This document shows positions 41,601-56,600 of a DNA stretch of 64,000 nucleotides, one piece after another. Origin of the DNA: Leucoraja ocellata (taxonomy: Eukaryota); contig JAWMAR010000201.1 in the NCBI GenBank assembly GCA_036785375.1, forward strand, positions 1,364,001-1,428,000, in the 5' to 3' direction. The first letter of the stretch is position 1. Each line of letters starts with the position of its first letter. The position numbers and the translations under genes are program-made. Under the pieces are notes generated by a model. That model did no database searches, had not been told where the DNA came from, and saw only the letters and a list, made by a program, of their open reading frames with translations.

Positions 41601-44600
41601 ATGGTCCCGCGACTTTCCATCTTACCGTTGGATCTGAAATGTAATGCATATAATTTTGCAGAGTTCCAGAAATTGAAAGACATCTGCCAGGAGGAAGGTT
41701 TGTGCCTCAGATTTTCGCCTCAGATTTTCTTTATCGAAGAATGAAGTTTAATCATTCTCTCCACCTTGGCAATTAAGTGTTAAAAGTGAAAGGTTCGGTT
41801 CCAAAACAAGACAGACCTTTAGATGACGGTTGGTGATGCTCATATTTTGCGAAAAATAAAGGACGCGCACTTTTAATGAAACACAGCCTTAATACGTCAT
41901 GATCAAAATGAATGGCGGTGCTGGCTCGAAGGGCCGAATGGCCCCCTCCTTCACTTATTTTCTATGTTTTTATGTTTCTACACTGTAAAAACAAAACGAC
42001 TTTCTAACGCAACACGATTACACAGAACAATTTACGGAATTGATGCTCAGCACGTTATGTGGTGAAAATATTCTCTCCCCTTCGCTCAAATTTCTGTCCG
42101 CCTCAGCAGAAACGGTAAGATCATCGTTTTATTAAAAAGCTGCCTTATTTTCTGTGCCCATGGACAGATTATGTTTTTTCATTTCTGCAGACACATAAAT
42201 CCTAAATACGGCCTCACGTTTATTGTCGGCCTCTCCCCATGCACTGCATTTCACTTTTCTGATGTGACACTCTTTATTTTACCTGCTTTTGCAGTTTTAT
42301 CACTCGGTTAATAAAGTCATATGTTTTTAGTCCAACATTTATCTTCAACAAAGTTTGGGCATACAATGAAATGCCTATCGGTCAGAAGCATTTTAAAATG
42401 TTTCAATTTATAATACGGATTAGCTTTTTAGTCTCAGTGGATGTATCCGATCGAAATTATGAAGATATAACTTAATTTAGCATTTAAATCCAAACACCTT
42501 TCTAATTGGTAACCATTTTGCACAATCTACCGTCACGAATTTAAATGTTGATGTTAATTGTTAATTATTTTGGTCTAGTACTTATACTTCGTCAATCTCA
42601 TTATCGTCAACTACTGTGACACCATCGTTAATTTTGATTTACTGATGATATCCATGAATTTCATAAATATTGCGTGGACTAATTTATACAGAATTAATTT
42701 GATTAACATTCTCTGTGGAAAACTGATCACGATGTATTTCACACTTCCAGTGTTATCTGGATTTGTCTGTCATATGGTCTGCACGGGTAATGTAATCCAC
42801 CCAGTTCCTGACTTAACGTGTATTCCCTGCAGAGATGGAGAGTCTGAGATCGAAGCTTACTGATTGGGGTGAGTACAAATATTTATTTTACAACATCATG
42901 TGCTCAGTGAATTAAATCATGATGTAAACATGCTTTTATAATCGTATGATAAATAATAAATATTTTAGCATTGTAATAATTCAATTCAAGGCCTTAGACA
43001 CTGATAATTCAGTTTAGATAATTATCTGAGCTAGTTTACCAAAATTAATCTCCACAGCCGCACCGCCGTCGGGAATCCGATCAAGACAGGACTCTGCCGG
43101 CGGCGGCGGCCAACACGGCTGAGCTTGATGGCTGAAGTGCCCGCCAAGAACAAGGCACTCGGACGGGCGAGCGAGGAGAGCCGACCGTGAGCGAGGTTGG
43201 ACGCCGTTGAGCGTTGAAACACGGCGGTGAGTGATGAAATATTTCGGTGAACGAGAAGGACCATGCGAGAGCGCGTACCGACGTCGGAGTGTCGGAATGG
43301 AAGTCGAAGAGCAACGAGCTACGTCGGTGATGGAGAAGTGCCGTCGGAGCGCAAGGAGGCACTCTGTGAACTAGAATCTACGTCGCTGAGAGTGAAGGCC
43401 GTCGGAGAGCCGTCGCTCGCACTAGTGCCGGCAGTCGACCGTGGACGGTCGGTCGTGGACGCACCGCCGAAAACAACGAGGGACACGAGGTTAGGAAGGG
43501 GCGCCGAAAGAACAAGGAAATATCCCGCGTCTGGAACAAAGAGGGGTCCGGTGTGGGGGCTCCGTCGAGAACATTGAGGGACACGGCGAGGTACGGCGAG
43601 GGTGTGGAGGTTGGGAGAACAGGGAGACGGGCAATCGGGACTACATTGATTACTTTTGTAATTATGTGGGCGCCCTAATCCAGGTGATTATATTATATTA
43701 TATTTTTTATGGTCCTCCAAAATATTCCAACTGGAATTTAAACTGGAGGTGGTGAAGGGAGGGATTATGCCAGAAAGGGTATAAAGAACACACACTATAT
43801 AATTTTACCATAAAACATCCCCACACAGCAGAATCAAAGTTTCCCACTGTGTGGGAAGGCACCAAAGTCACTCTTCCTCCACTGTTCCTCGTGGTCAGGG
43901 CCTCCCCGTGCCCTCCGCAGTTGCAGCTACCGGCGGCCCGATGTCCAGGACCGCTCGCCGGGGTGATACAAGTCCGACGTCGGGGCTGCGGGACGTCCTC
44001 AGCGGCGTGGACATCAGAGTCGGCCCCCTCCTACCGGAGTCGGCGGCTTCCAAAGTCCGCAGGCCGCGCCGGGTGGAGACTGCTGCTGGCGGCCCTCTGC
44101 AAGGCGCCCCTGGACTCTACGATGTTGTTCAGCGCCGCCCGCGTTGGAAGCTCTCCGCACCAGAGCTCCACGATGTTGGAGCAGCGGCCCAATGGTCCGG
44201 AGCTCCAAACGGCGACTCAGGTAGGCATCGCCCGCTCCGCGGTGACTCCAGCGCTGCGCCGCCGCTGTAGCAGCCCTGGTCCGGTTCCCGGTCCCCGGCA
44301 GGAAAGGCCGCTCCGATCCAGCTGGTAGGCCGCGAGGTGGGGGGCGAGGACGCGACTCGGAGAAACAGTCGCGTCCCCCGCCAGGAAGAGACTGGGAAAC
44401 GCCCCCCCCCCCCTTACCCTGCCCCCCTCCCCCACATAGAAAAGTTAAAGTTTCCCCCAACACAAAACTTTAGACTAACTAAAAATAAAAAAAAAAGATT
44501 GAATAACAGACTGGCTGAAGGCAGAGGCTGCTGCAGTGCAGCGCCCCCTCCGGTCTTTACCTACGTGTGTATTGTACCAAGTACACGACAATAAAGTATC

Positions 44601-47600
44601 TATCAATATTTAAATCAATCACTCAATAATCAATAACTCACTCATGCATTCGCTCACTCTCTCACTCAGNNNNNNNNNNNNNNNNNNNNNNNNNNNNNNN
44701 NNNNNNNNNNNNNNNNNNNNNNNNNNNNNNNNNNNNNNNNNNNNNNNNNNNNNNNNNNNNNNNNNNNNNNNNNNNNNNNNNNNNNNNNNNNNNNNNNNNN
44801 NNNNNNNNNNNNNNNNNNNNNNNNNNNNNNNTATAAAATGTATTAACTGCAAATATTATTTATTTCAATTACATTACATTTTTGTCTCATCTTCTGATGA
44901 AAGTAATTATTACCTCATAATTTGTTCAACTGTCAGTTTTTCTTGCCTCGTTTATTGATTGCATTGGTGTTGTATTAAACTCTGTTCTCTCGTTTGAGGA
45001 ACGATCCATTTCGAGGGACCTGATTTTTGAGTAATTGATTATTGAATGCCTTTACTTATGATAGATTATGAGGCAAACATGTTTCCCTTCGCATTATGTT
45101 CGAACGTTTGAGCAGTGGATGCTCTTCTCGTTGTACAAATGTATTGTACAGCTTTCAGCCCATTATTGGTATGGCAGAAGTGAATTAACAGCAAATGTTT
45201 CTCCTTTCCACATGTATCTTACTGCATGTTCTGCATCTTTCGTCATATATTATCTCTGAATTATCTCTCATATTGCAACATTCACGTGGTCCGCCTGGTA
45301 TACACAATCATATAAGATAATCTCTTATATTATTTCAGCATTATACCGCAGCTTGCCGTCTTTCAATTCCAAGGGATGGCACATAAACTTGCATTTGTTT
45401 CCAATCTCAATGTGTTTTTTTTCTGTTACGTAACCTTATAATCCAAATATATTTACGTGTATTTCTTTTCAGAACAAGATTTGAATATGAAAGACATTAG
45501 TAAGTCTGTGAATTAGAATCAAATTCATGTATTGTTATAAGCATCCAGGGATAACTCTCCATAACTCTCCTTTGCCCCTTCCACCTAGCCTGCAGGATTC
45601 AAATTATTCGGCATGTGCGTAACCCCCACCATTAGGTAATCGAATGCATTTAGTCCCGGTGACAGTCTGTGAAAGAGAATTTCGGAGAATCAATGCTCGA
45701 AATGCGAAGAAAATCCATCCGGTTACATGCGTAAATTGACCTCCCGGTTATCGTGCAATCATGCGCTACATCTCGCATCCAGTAAAACACTTCAGTTTGG
45801 CTTGCCATGCGGCTGCCCTGTTCAAAGTTTGTGAACGTGTACCCTAAATTCTATTAAATATTCTTCCACAAGGACTATGTGATTCTTCTTAATCCGTCCG
45901 TTTATAGTTAATGGCGATTTAGCAGTTAGTATACCTTCTGATGCGGTATAAGTGGGTTCATGCCCTCGTCAATTCAAATCTAAAATACAATTTCCAATAT
46001 TTTTCATTCTCTCATTGAAACTTTCATAGTTCAACTAAGCTCATAAATATTTTTTCTGACATCAGAAATTATGGATGCCTCACACCTCGCCCATTCGATT
46101 ATCGATCAGGGATGGCGTTGAGCACCATTATAATCTGTGGCAATCAAGTAGCTGCATAATTTCAGTCTTAAAATGCTCAATGTGTTGCACCTTTGGTCCT
46201 TCTATTTGACAACAGCTTTCCAAACCATATTTACACACTTTCTCCAACTGGCCATATTTCCAGGCATCATTGGTATTGATACGGTAGAACTTTATTTATC
46301 CCAGGAGAGAAATTGATCGGCTAACAGTCATAAAAACACAAAATACATGAATCATGACATTAAATTGTCCAGTTCAAATGATTGGGCATGTGCAATGCTT
46401 AGGCGGGGTGGCGGTACTGGGAAGACGGATTGCCTCTGAGGTTCTGTCCTGCATCTTGGTGGATCCAGTCTTTTGCTCAAGGTACTCCTCCGGTTGGCCT
46501 GTGTGTCCTGGAAGGGGTACGCTGTATTGTCCAGGGTGCTCCGCAGTTTGATGAGTCCTCCCCTCCAAGGTCACCTTGCATGAATCAACTCCGCCGCCAG
46601 GAAGGAGCCAGCCTACCTGGTGAGTTTGTAAATCTTATTGTTGGCAGCGGCCTTCGCCTTGCTGCGCCAGCACACAGCAGCGCATAAGATAGCACTGACT
46701 GCCACCGAATAGTAGAACATCTGCAGCATTTACTGCAGTCGTTGAGGGCTCGTAGCCTTTTCAAAAACTGCAGCCGCCTCCGGCCTTTCTTGTGCAGGGC
46801 CTCAGCGTTGAAAGACCAGTCTAGTGGAGTACGGCGTTTACCTTGCGATCAAGCATTACAGTTGTATTATCGTATTGTTTGTGATGTAGTTTCCAGAAAC
46901 ATGTAAACGTCCATGTGTGTCCAAGGGAACTATGACCAAATGATAGATACGGTAGCTTAATAATTAAAATGCCTTGTTTCAGCGATAGAGAAGCTCACTG
47001 TTACTGATAGTGATAAAGGTGAGTGAACAAATAGCGCTGCAAGTTTAATTTCAGCCTTTCTCAGTCTGAACTCTATTTTATTCTACAGCATCGATAATAT
47101 ATATTAACCAGTTATTTTAGTGGAATGATTTCTTCTTTCTCACTAATTCAATGACACATATATCTTCAGTTACACATCTGTCTAAAGTAGGTAGCACATT
47201 TTAGCAACATAATTCTGCTATGGCATTAAACACAACTTTTCGTCATCCACCCTTTCGATTCTCACTCTGAGACGATGCTTCTGCAAACTTCTTGAGCAAT
47301 GTCGCATTTCGAGCAACTCACTGATTCACTGATATAATGATAAAACATAATTTATCGTCACATATACGAAGATACAGTGAAATACTTTGATTTACATGCA
47401 ACCCGGTAAAATCAAATGGACAATCTCAACTAGGCAGTAGAAAAGACATCATGTTTCTGGCGTCGACAAATTTGCAAGTGTTCACCGAGTAGCACTATCT
47501 TCTGCCTTCCACCGCACGTGTCAGCTTGCGAGCCCCGCCGGGCCCCCTTTGGTTCATGTTGCCTCCACGCAGGGTCTGATTTGTTTCTCGGGTGCCCCCT

Positions 47601-50600
47601 GCCGGATTCCCCCCAGCTTCGTTCTCTGAAGCCCCAACCGCGACGTCCCCCTTAACTCTCCGCGGCGCCCTGTTGCCCCCCCCCCCCCCCCCTTCGTTCT
47701 CTGCGCCCCCTTGCTAGTCCCTCCTTCATTTTCGACGCCACCCCCCCCTCCCCCCCCGCCGGTACTCACATAGCCCCCCCCCCCCCCCCCCCACTCCACT
47801 GTGTCCTTCCTTTCTTCAGCGCGCACCCAGCCGGGTAGCTCTCTGTGGCCCTCATTGTTCTCGGCTCCCGTTACGCTCTCCACTTTCCCACTAAGGTCTC
47901 GGCGGTGTCCCTAACCGCCCACAGTCTCCCGACGCTCTCGTTAGTCCCTCTACGGTCTAGACAGTGCCCGTAGGTTCTGGGGGACTTCGTTCTCATCTGT
48001 CCCTTCGCACTCGGCGGTCCCCTCGGTCTCGGCGTTTATTCGTCAGTCTTTCCTCGCGGTTGGCGACGCGGGTCCCTTGGACGCCCGGTGTTTGAGGCCA
48101 AGTTCTTTTTCCGTGGTTCGGTGCCGAGCCTCACTGGCGCGTCCGCCAATCTCCGTGAACGGTGTTCAGCCCCCGACGGAAGAGCTAGGCCTGTAGGTCT
48201 GCTTGGCTGCGGTTCGCAGTGACATATCCGGCGCTTTGCTCGCCGTGACATATCCGGCGCTTGGCTCGCCGGGATACGACGGCACGTGTCTGGCGGCGTA
48301 CTCTACACGTGTGGCCAACCATGTGCAATGGGAAACTACACCTTTCAAATTCACCTGTTAAGTGCTAACATTTAGCAACACTATCTGGAATTGAATATGC
48401 TAGTGAAATTGTGCCGTTTGATTAATTATTTCTTGAATTATTTCGAAATTGCTGAGGAATTTGAAACAGAATACAAAGATGTGAAAAATCTGGCGGTCAT
48501 ACAATCACCGTGAAATTAAACAGTCAGCCATCTTGTCGTATCAAGATCCCATTCTCAGAAACGTAAATCTTTACACAGATCATGAATTATTCTAGCGCTT
48601 CTCTGGTCTCAGATTTTAGCATTAACAGTTTCCATATGGTCTATTGCTCCACATTTTAAATTCGTTCAATTATATCGATCCAGTATTTCAGCTGATTCTT
48701 ACAGAATAACATATCAACGATGATTCCTCTGGCTAGAATTTCTAAGATAATTAAAACATATGATAAATATTTCCCTTGTGTAATAATAAGTGCTGCATAA
48801 ACTATTGATGCACATAAGTTGGAATGTGAAACAACTGCCTCTTCTTCGCTTTACGCGTTACCACAGAAAGTGGGCCGCCTTGGCTCACTCGTCGTCTAGC
48901 TTTGATTTAAGTCGCTGCATCTCGTAGTACGGTTCCATTAACCGCAATATAAGAACAGGCATGAATAAGGAATATTGTTTGCACTGTCTAATCATCTATT
49001 TTTCAAAATAACAACATACATAGAACAAAAGCTGAATTTTAAAGAGAGAGGTAAAGATATGCACTGTTAACGCAAAATGAGTAACACTAACACCGCGGAA
49101 CCAGAGGTGAAACAAAAATGATGTAAAAATAAGGACCATCATTATTGTTTATTTATAAAATGTTTACAAATAAAACAAATTAGTATCAATATTAAATTGA
49201 CGGTTGGATCTTTAATATGCCTGAAAGAGGATCATGTCAACAACGTAAACAGGAAATGATTCCATTACACCCAATTAATCCGTCTGACTCAGAAAGCATT
49301 ACATGGCAGTACATTTCAGAATAACTAAGGAAGCACAACATATATTTGCGTTACTAGTACCGGATAAGTGCATTTACTCTATCTGTCCATTTGTCGAATA
49401 ATACATTATGGAATCAAACGAAAGCTCTAGTAAATGCTCTGTAGAAAGTATCTATAGATGTTCGTGTAGAAGAAAAGTGCTGGAGTAACTCAGTGGGTCG
49501 GGCAGCATCTTCGGAGACAAAGAATGGGAATATTTCGGGTCGGGACCCTTCTCCGAACTGAAAGTAGACTGCAGGGAACCGGAGGTAAGAAAAGGCCGGA
49601 ACAAAAGGAAACCGGCATCAGATGACAGGGGAAGAGTTGAGCCACTAACAGCCCATTGTTGGCGGGAAAAAGAGGCGATAACGAGGGATACAAGGGGGGG
49701 GATAGCTGAACTGTAAGACAAATCGGGTGGGGAGGGGGCGGAGTGAGGTAATGCAATAGTCAATTGAAATTAAAGATATCAACGTTCATACCGCTGTGTT
49801 CTAAGTTGCCCAAGCGAAATATCAGGTGCTGTTCCTCCAATTTGGTTTACTTTACTCTGATAGCGGAGGATGGCCAGGACAGAAAGGCCGGTATTGTAAT
49901 CGAGTTAAACATGTTGGGCTCGAGGCGATTGCATAGGCCAAGGCGGACTGAACGTAAGTTTTCAGCGAAATGATCACGCATTCTGTGCTTGGACTGGCCG
50001 ATGCATAGGATCCTAAGCCAAGAACAACAATGCGTTAAATGGGGTTGGATTATTTTCGGCATGCCTAGCCTCGTATAGGTGCATATGAAGTATTCTGAAG
50101 TGATGAATAACAACTTTGTTTGCTAGCTCCTTTATTCTTAACCGAACAAACCTGCAGATGTTTATGTACACAGTGATATCCACTATTGCCGTATCACTTT
50201 ACCTCACTCACTTTCCCTTCAAGGTCTGTTTCCTCTGGAAGGCTGAAAGTCTCATCAAGCTTATATGCAAGCATGACTATTCCTATTTCCATCGGCTTTC
50301 TGGGATGTGCAGACTTCCGAATAGCTTCTTCCCTCTGCTATCAGACTCGAAGGCGAATCACCTCTTTCATATCCAGTTCACAGATTAGATGCCATGTTAG
50401 GTTACTCTTCACTGAACGCAAATCGACATTACCATATTTTAGTTTTGTTTTTGCCGTTCTTCAGCTTACATGGAAATATTTGCGCCTTTTCATGTTTTCG
50501 CATTTGCCGTTGCATTTACTGCTTCATTTACCATCATCTTGTATACTGTCTACGCCATGATGTTCATCCGAACAGCAAATTTGTTTGAATCCTGGTTTAT

Positions 50601-53600
50601 AACAATAAGTAAAACTGAAACTCTAATGTAAGTGTATTGCCAAACTGACAACTGTGTGCCCACGATTACAAATGGGTGAGGCCTGAATTAAAAAAAAACA
50701 ACAACTTTGGTTTGAATGCCCCTTATAAAGTAAATGTCATGAATTATGTTGATGTAACGGACATCATTGTCCATCTTTTGCAAAACACGTATTCAATTCA
50801 TTGTGAGTCTTTGTTTGTTGCAATTGCAATTTTATACCTGTATTCAGTACATTGTTTTTCTGGTTTTCCTCTTTTCTACATATATTATCACTTGCACATA
50901 AAAATCCCATTTAAATGTTCACGCAATAATCATGAACTATGTTTATAAGTGTAGTGAACCGCCTGTTGCCGTAATGGTAAATTTTAGGTACAGTACATGC
51001 ATTTATGACAACGCTGTTCAATTATTCCAAACATCACAGAGGAAATACTATTGACAATCGTGTTAACGCCATAATGCTTGGCAACGCATATGTTTCACTG
51101 TAGGATGCCCAGAATAATTATACATTAAGGGAAACTGAATATTTCTCGGTGTTGCTAGCGACGTCGGATGTAAACATACCCGAGCAATTAAATATCTGAA
51201 TGTGAATTGAAAGCAACGCTTGCCAACTTAGGAGAAAAACAAAGGCAGAAAAATATACTTGACTACGTGCATCTTCCATCACATTATATTTTGTTGATAC
51301 AGAATTGGAGAAACTAAAAGGCATCCTTTTGGAGTATGGTAAGTACTGGAAACTTGTGCATTGTACCGAGTGCAGCCTTGCGCTGGTGACATTTACATTT
51401 GCATTTTTTGTATTGTTCTTATTAATGTTTGCAAATAATAGGCGAATGATGAATAATCTAGCAAACCAGCTCTAAATATTGTGGACAAACTTAATTTTTT
51501 TATCTGAACTACTGGGCGTTATGGCGGCTCAGCGTTAGAGTTGCCACCGAACAGCGCAAGATAGGGAGGCAAAAGAAAATTCTTGGATCTCGCCTGCCGC
51601 CATAGAATGCCCCGTCCGCACCTCGTACAATGGAGGCACCCACCAGTATGTTCAGTTTTAAATTGGGGAAAAATGATGGTGATTAGGTAATATTCCGCTC
51701 TGCATACGGTAACTTCTTCCTGAGGAGACTGAAGAAGGTCCATCTGTCTCCTCAGATTCTGGTGAACTTCTACCGCTGCACCATCGAGAACATCCTTACC
51801 AACTGTATCACAGTATGGTATGGCAACTGTTCTGTCTCCGACCGGAAAGCACTGCAGAGGGTGGTGAAAATTGTCCAATGCATCACCGGTTCCTCGCTCC
51901 TCTCTATTGAGTCTGTCCAAAGCAAGCGTTGTCTGCGAAGGGCGCTCAGCATCGCCAAGGACTGCTCTCACCCCAACCACGGACTGTTTACCCTCCTACC
52001 ATCCGTGAGGCGCTACAGGCCTCTCCGTTGCCGGACCAGCAGGTCCAGGAACAGCTTCTACCCTGCGGCTGTCACACTACTCAACAATGTACCTCGGTGA
52101 CTGCCAATCACCCCCTCCCCCCGGACACTCCTCCCACAGGAAAAACACTATGATTGTACACTGGCAATTACAATTAAAGTTGAATCTGAATCTAACTCAG
52201 AAGGAAAGAAAAATATCGGTTAGATTGTTATTGTGCAATAAAGTTGTGGTTTCTTTTATCCCGATATGTTATTTCATTAGAACAAAAAATGAGTGTCAAA
52301 GACAAAGGTACGAATCTAATTATGACTTCTTTAAAACGCAAAATAGAACCATAAAACTATTATCTACATCGTTTTGTGAGACGCTTAAAATGAATTATAC
52401 GTTGAATATTTTTTCAATTTTTATTCTACATTTCAATCTTTTCAGGCTTTTCCTCAATTCCGTATGAAAATGTTTATACAAATAGTACTTCAAATATTTT
52501 AAATTACCTTTTGAATTCATGAAGGCTGTTAGAGAGATTTGTGGCATGACCTACGGCTAGAACTTTGCTTTCACTTGGGGCCCAGACGATCTCTCAATTA
52601 TAGCTCTGATCAGGCCAACACATTCGGAAATGTTAATGGAGGAGTGCTGATTTTCTTTAAAAAAAAAGCTTATTCAGGTCGCGAAATCTATATACCGGGG
52701 AGTATATCAAAATTTGGCGCAATGGTTCTCTACTTACACAAATTAATCCTGCAATTTATTGCTTTTGTATTACAATATTTGCATGTAGATTTTACAATAT
52801 CACAATAACTCATCATTAAACTTTTCGTTGGATCACTCGATAATTGCCGTTATCTACCTGATAGCTTAGTTCCTGTTTTTTCCCCGTAAATTAATGCTCT
52901 AAATGATGGCCGTCTTATTTTAGTGAATCATCGAATCCATTGATGTATATTCTTCTGCTCAGAGTGAATTACACATACCCTATATTAATATTTGTTCCAG
53001 TTAAACTAAACCCTGCATTCTAAGCATTTCTATATTCTATTTCCTGCATCTGCTAAAATAATCATTTAGTTGTCCCGATAGTACTTTTATGTTGAACATT
53101 TTACAAACGTACCCAACTTTCTCGTGAGACATGGATACCTATTTAATTACGAGAGATTAAATATAAGATCATCCCTTCTCAATCAAATATGTTTCTGCAC
53201 TCTAATTTGAATATTTTTGCCTTCGTTTGGTGAATCATAGAAACATATAATGACGTTGATAAATCACTGAATTCGTCATACGAAATACACATGATCGATT
53301 GATCTTATTTCAGACCTGTCTGCTGCACGACGCAGTAAAGATTAGAGCTGGCATTGAGCTTGTTCCTTATTTTTCCAGAATTCCTCTATGGCACTGTAGT
53401 TTGCAATATGGCCCTGGATTGTATTCCTAAGGAATTCACGCTATTGCGACGGATGGATTCTACCACCTCAGTATTTTTATACTACGGATCTATTACTCTA
53501 CGTTCATGTCCTTTGGCAACGTTCTGTGCGTAACCTCGCATTGATCTCGAAGGTGGTTGTTCGGGTTGCCATTAAGCCGAATATTATTATGAATCTATGT

Positions 53601-56600
53601 TTTCATGCACCAGATTATATTCCAATGCATAACAGCGTAAAACAGTCTCCATTAACCGACACATTAGTAACGTGGACGTAACGTAACGTAAACACTTTGT
53701 AGAGTAGTGCAAATATCCAATTCACGGAAACACATCGTGGATGTTCGCATATATCCCGATAAAATCAACTTGGACTTCGGCCACGTTGAAGAAACCCCAC
53801 ATGCTTTTGAAACATTTTCACGTTTACAAATTTACGTGTTATGATAGCTCAAATTACTGCTTCATTTTCAACTATAATACCATTTTAGGTTAGTTTTGAG
53901 ATACAGCGCGGAAAAACCGGTTCGCCCTACCGAGTCCGCACCGACCAGCAATTCCAGCAAATTAGCACTACTCGGCACGCACTCTGGGGACAAGTTTTAC
54001 ATTTATACCCAGCCATTAACCTGCAAACCCGTACGTCTTTTTAAATGTGGGAGCAAACCGAAGATCTTGGAGAAAACACACGCAGGTCACGGGGAGAACA
54101 TACAAACATGGTACACACAGATTCCGTAGTCAGGATCGAACCCGTGTCTCTGGTGCTTTAAGGCAATTGTTCAATCGCTACGCCATGTGGTCGTTGAATT
54201 TTTTATCTAGTGCGAAATTATCTTTCTCTTCAATATTACTTATGCCCCTGTCCCACTTAGGAAACCTGAACGGAAACCTCTGATGACTTTGCGCCCCACC
54301 CAAGGTTTCAGTGCGGTTCCCGGAGGTTGCAGCTGGTTGCCGGAGGTTTCAGGTCGTGGAAGCAGATAGGGAGACTGACAAAAACCTCCGGGAACCGCAC
54401 GAAAACCTTGGGTGGGGCGCAACGTCTCCAGAGGTTTCCGTTCAGGTTTCCTAAGTAGGACAGGGGCATTAGGGTAACGATCGTTTTGGTTTCATATTCG
54501 TTATTATTATGCCAAGGGTTCTCCGTGCTTGGAGTGTGTTGTACAGTTCACGTCACTACACTATAGGGCGAACATGATTGAGTAAATAAGATACAGAAGC
54601 GAATTCCAAAAACGTTACTTTGATTAAATGGTTTGGGCAATCAGAAATTGTTGGTTAAGCTAACTCAGTTTTCTCTGTAACGAATAGTGTAAAAGTTGAC
54701 ACGATAGACGTATAGAAAGTTAAGAGGGGCAGAATACGATAAATAGTCAGTTCTGTACCCTACGTCTGGGTGCGGTCCAAAATTAGAATGCATACAGTTA
54801 ATGTGAGTAAGAGTTCGGTGCAAAATCTGTGGAGCATTTATTCGTACAAGCTATATTTGGTATAAGAAATGACATTCCAAATACACGTTGAAGATTTGAA
54901 AAATTGCACCATTTAACATACATCTGATCAGGTATTTTCAAGAAAAGAGGATAGGTGTATTGCATGCGTGTGGGATTATTATAAAAATACATAATGATTG
55001 TCAGGCGCACTGATCCCAGTTTATGGAACACCATGATTCAATAAATTAACTGTCAGATCATTCCCCCAATAATCATATTTACTAATATTGCATAAAACTG
55101 AGTTGATTATTAATCCTCCCCTATACTCAGCTAGGTCACATCCTGCAAAAAAACATCCGTTTTTATATTTGTTTGGTTTCTACATAAAGGTACACTGTAA
55201 AAGTTGTATGAAAAATGCTATCTGACCTAGCATCCAGCTAAATGGAAACGTCCCTCTTCGTTATTTTCCATAGTCCTCTTTCGGTGCTTCAGCATATGTC
55301 AATAAATGATCCCTTCATTCTGTTTCTGGTTTTCGGATAGAAAATTCAAGGTAAAAGGCTGACAAATTCTGACAACATCCAACATTTCATTGATGTATAT
55401 TTCACGCAGTTTGAACGTCCACGATCTATTGATCAGCACATGTAACATCATTTGATTTGCACGCATTAATATCACTCCCTTTCCATTTATAAAAACATAA
55501 GCCAATAAGTACTTGGAGATGAATGATTACTCAATATGAATGCATATGTTTCCTCTTCGACAGCACTCGTGAAATTGAAAGAAAATGTTATAGAGTATGG
55601 TGAGTAAATCAATAAACTATTTGTTGCGGTCCATGCAGCTAAACTGGTTTAAAATTACTATTATATTAATGCACCTTCATCTTTGCAACGAAAAAAACAA
55701 CTTTCTCAGCAAATATATATTTGTTTACTTATTCAACTAACTGGTGGTCATTTGAGTTCTTGTGTAGTGATTCTGGACGTGGATGCACCTTAACTTAACA
55801 CTCTGTTGTTCGCAGTTCCAAACGTCAAGAAACATACCATGACGTTTTGAGACCTAGTTGCTTCGTCATTTTATGTCCTTTTTCAGTGAGACAATCACTT
55901 GCTGACTACTACAATATATGAATATTTCTCCAATCTGCTCAAATGGAGTACACAGTCCTTGGCTCTTGTTTTAAATACACCGATTGCAAGTATGTATAGA
56001 TAAGTTAGATTTTCAAACCACATCGTTTCTCCAAGCAATGTTTTATTTCCGTACAGAAATGAAACAAACCACGCATGACACAGGTAAGAGGATAAAAATA
56101 ACTGCATGCGCAGACACTATTTACATTTCATTTCGAATTGCTCCACATTTTAGCCACAGTAGCAAGGCTTGAGCAAATATTTGCCATATCATTTGAAAGG
56201 CTGAGGTAAGAGAGAGACCTCTGCTCTTCATGCACAATCTGTTAGATTGACTCACTTCATCTGGACAAAGTGCAGACGGGAGGTAGGCAGTGTTAGCGAT
56301 GTGGACGAGAGATGTTGGGCAAAGGTTATCAAGTAATAATGGACGCAGATAACTAGGGGTTGATTGGCAGATAGCACCCGAGTGGGGACCAGAGTGATGG
56401 ATATTGCAGCTGATGCTAGAAGTTGATTTTAGGAGAAGAAAAGCCGGAGATTCTGGGTTCACATAGGAAAGGGGATGATGCGTGGATCTAAATAAGGTAC
56501 GTTGACAGAGTATAAAACATGGGAAGTTAATCAGTTGGGTGAGGGTAAAATTAAACAGTGCGTCTGTGTGATGGATGATGGTGTATGTGGGAGAAGCGGA

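Noticed and set aside
43031-44594. Cluster of overlapping GC-rich ORFs / CpG-island-like promoter
   Set aside because: ORFs on both strands reflect high GC in repeats; no domain similarity or splice structure.
53314-53334. 21-nt phase-1 segment DLSAARR
   Set aside because: Weak donor (A|gtaaag), and it would interrupt an otherwise regular 27/36 pair; left unannotated.
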